In this document: one piece after another, positions 63,811-64,000 of the stretch
How the letters are laid out: the number at the start of each line of letters is the position of its first letter
Position numbering within the stretch: position 1 is the stretch's first letter
Assembly (NCBI RefSeq): GCF_963921235.1
Contig: NC_086097.1
Span: forward strand, 193,690,001-193,754,000
Source: Mobula hypostoma
Lineage: Eukaryota
Length of the DNA stretch: 64,000 nucleotides
Direction of reading: 5' to 3'
Position numbers and translations under genes: made by a program
Notes under the pieces: generated by a model
Database searches by the model: none
Told to the model about the DNA's origin: nothing
What the model saw: only the letters and a program-made list of their open reading frames with translations

Positions 63811-64000
63811 AGAACTCACAAATCTTGATTTACACACATGGGAAGAAGGACCACCCTTACAAGTCACATGTACTCTGATAGTCTACAAAATAAACTGTTT
63901 TCATGGGTAAAGAGATAATACCAGATGCTGTCTAACGAAGCAATGTTTTGTGGATGGCTTCTTCCCACAAGTATGATGTTAGATAATCAGCAAAGGGGAT

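Noticed and set aside
1..64000. Prokaryote-style systems (CRISPR array, retron, operon) suggested by RT ORFs and repeats
   Set aside because: The sequence is a spliced vertebrate gene; the RTs belong to CR1, Rex1, Penelope and BEL/Pao, and no repeat-spacer array is present.

Overview
Vertebrate genomic DNA, most likely from a cartilaginous fish (batoid/ray; inferred from the repeat families: HE1/V-SINEs, DeuSINE relics, abundant CR1, Rex1/Babar and Penelope elements). The whole window lies inside one + strand gene, myomesin-1 (MYOM1). I resolved 16 coding exons, from the end of Ig domain My2 through Fn3 domain My8, with compatible splice phases. They include a phase-symmetric EH-type exon (37058-37486, 143 codons) that ends in six 30-nt coding repeats, and one intron that needs a GC donor. 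The introns are mostly nested transposon debris: CR1, Rex1/Babar, Penelope, RTE, Tigger, hAT, a 6-bp-TSD DNA transposon and a degenerate BEL/Pao LTR element. The most notable non-genic signal is a family of Penelope-derived fold-back insertions with 13-14 bp TSDs that carry minimal, dimer-type hammerhead ribozyme cores. Two sense-strand copies with intact catalytic cores sit in the same MYOM1 intron. All homology calls come from recalled motifs, not database searches.
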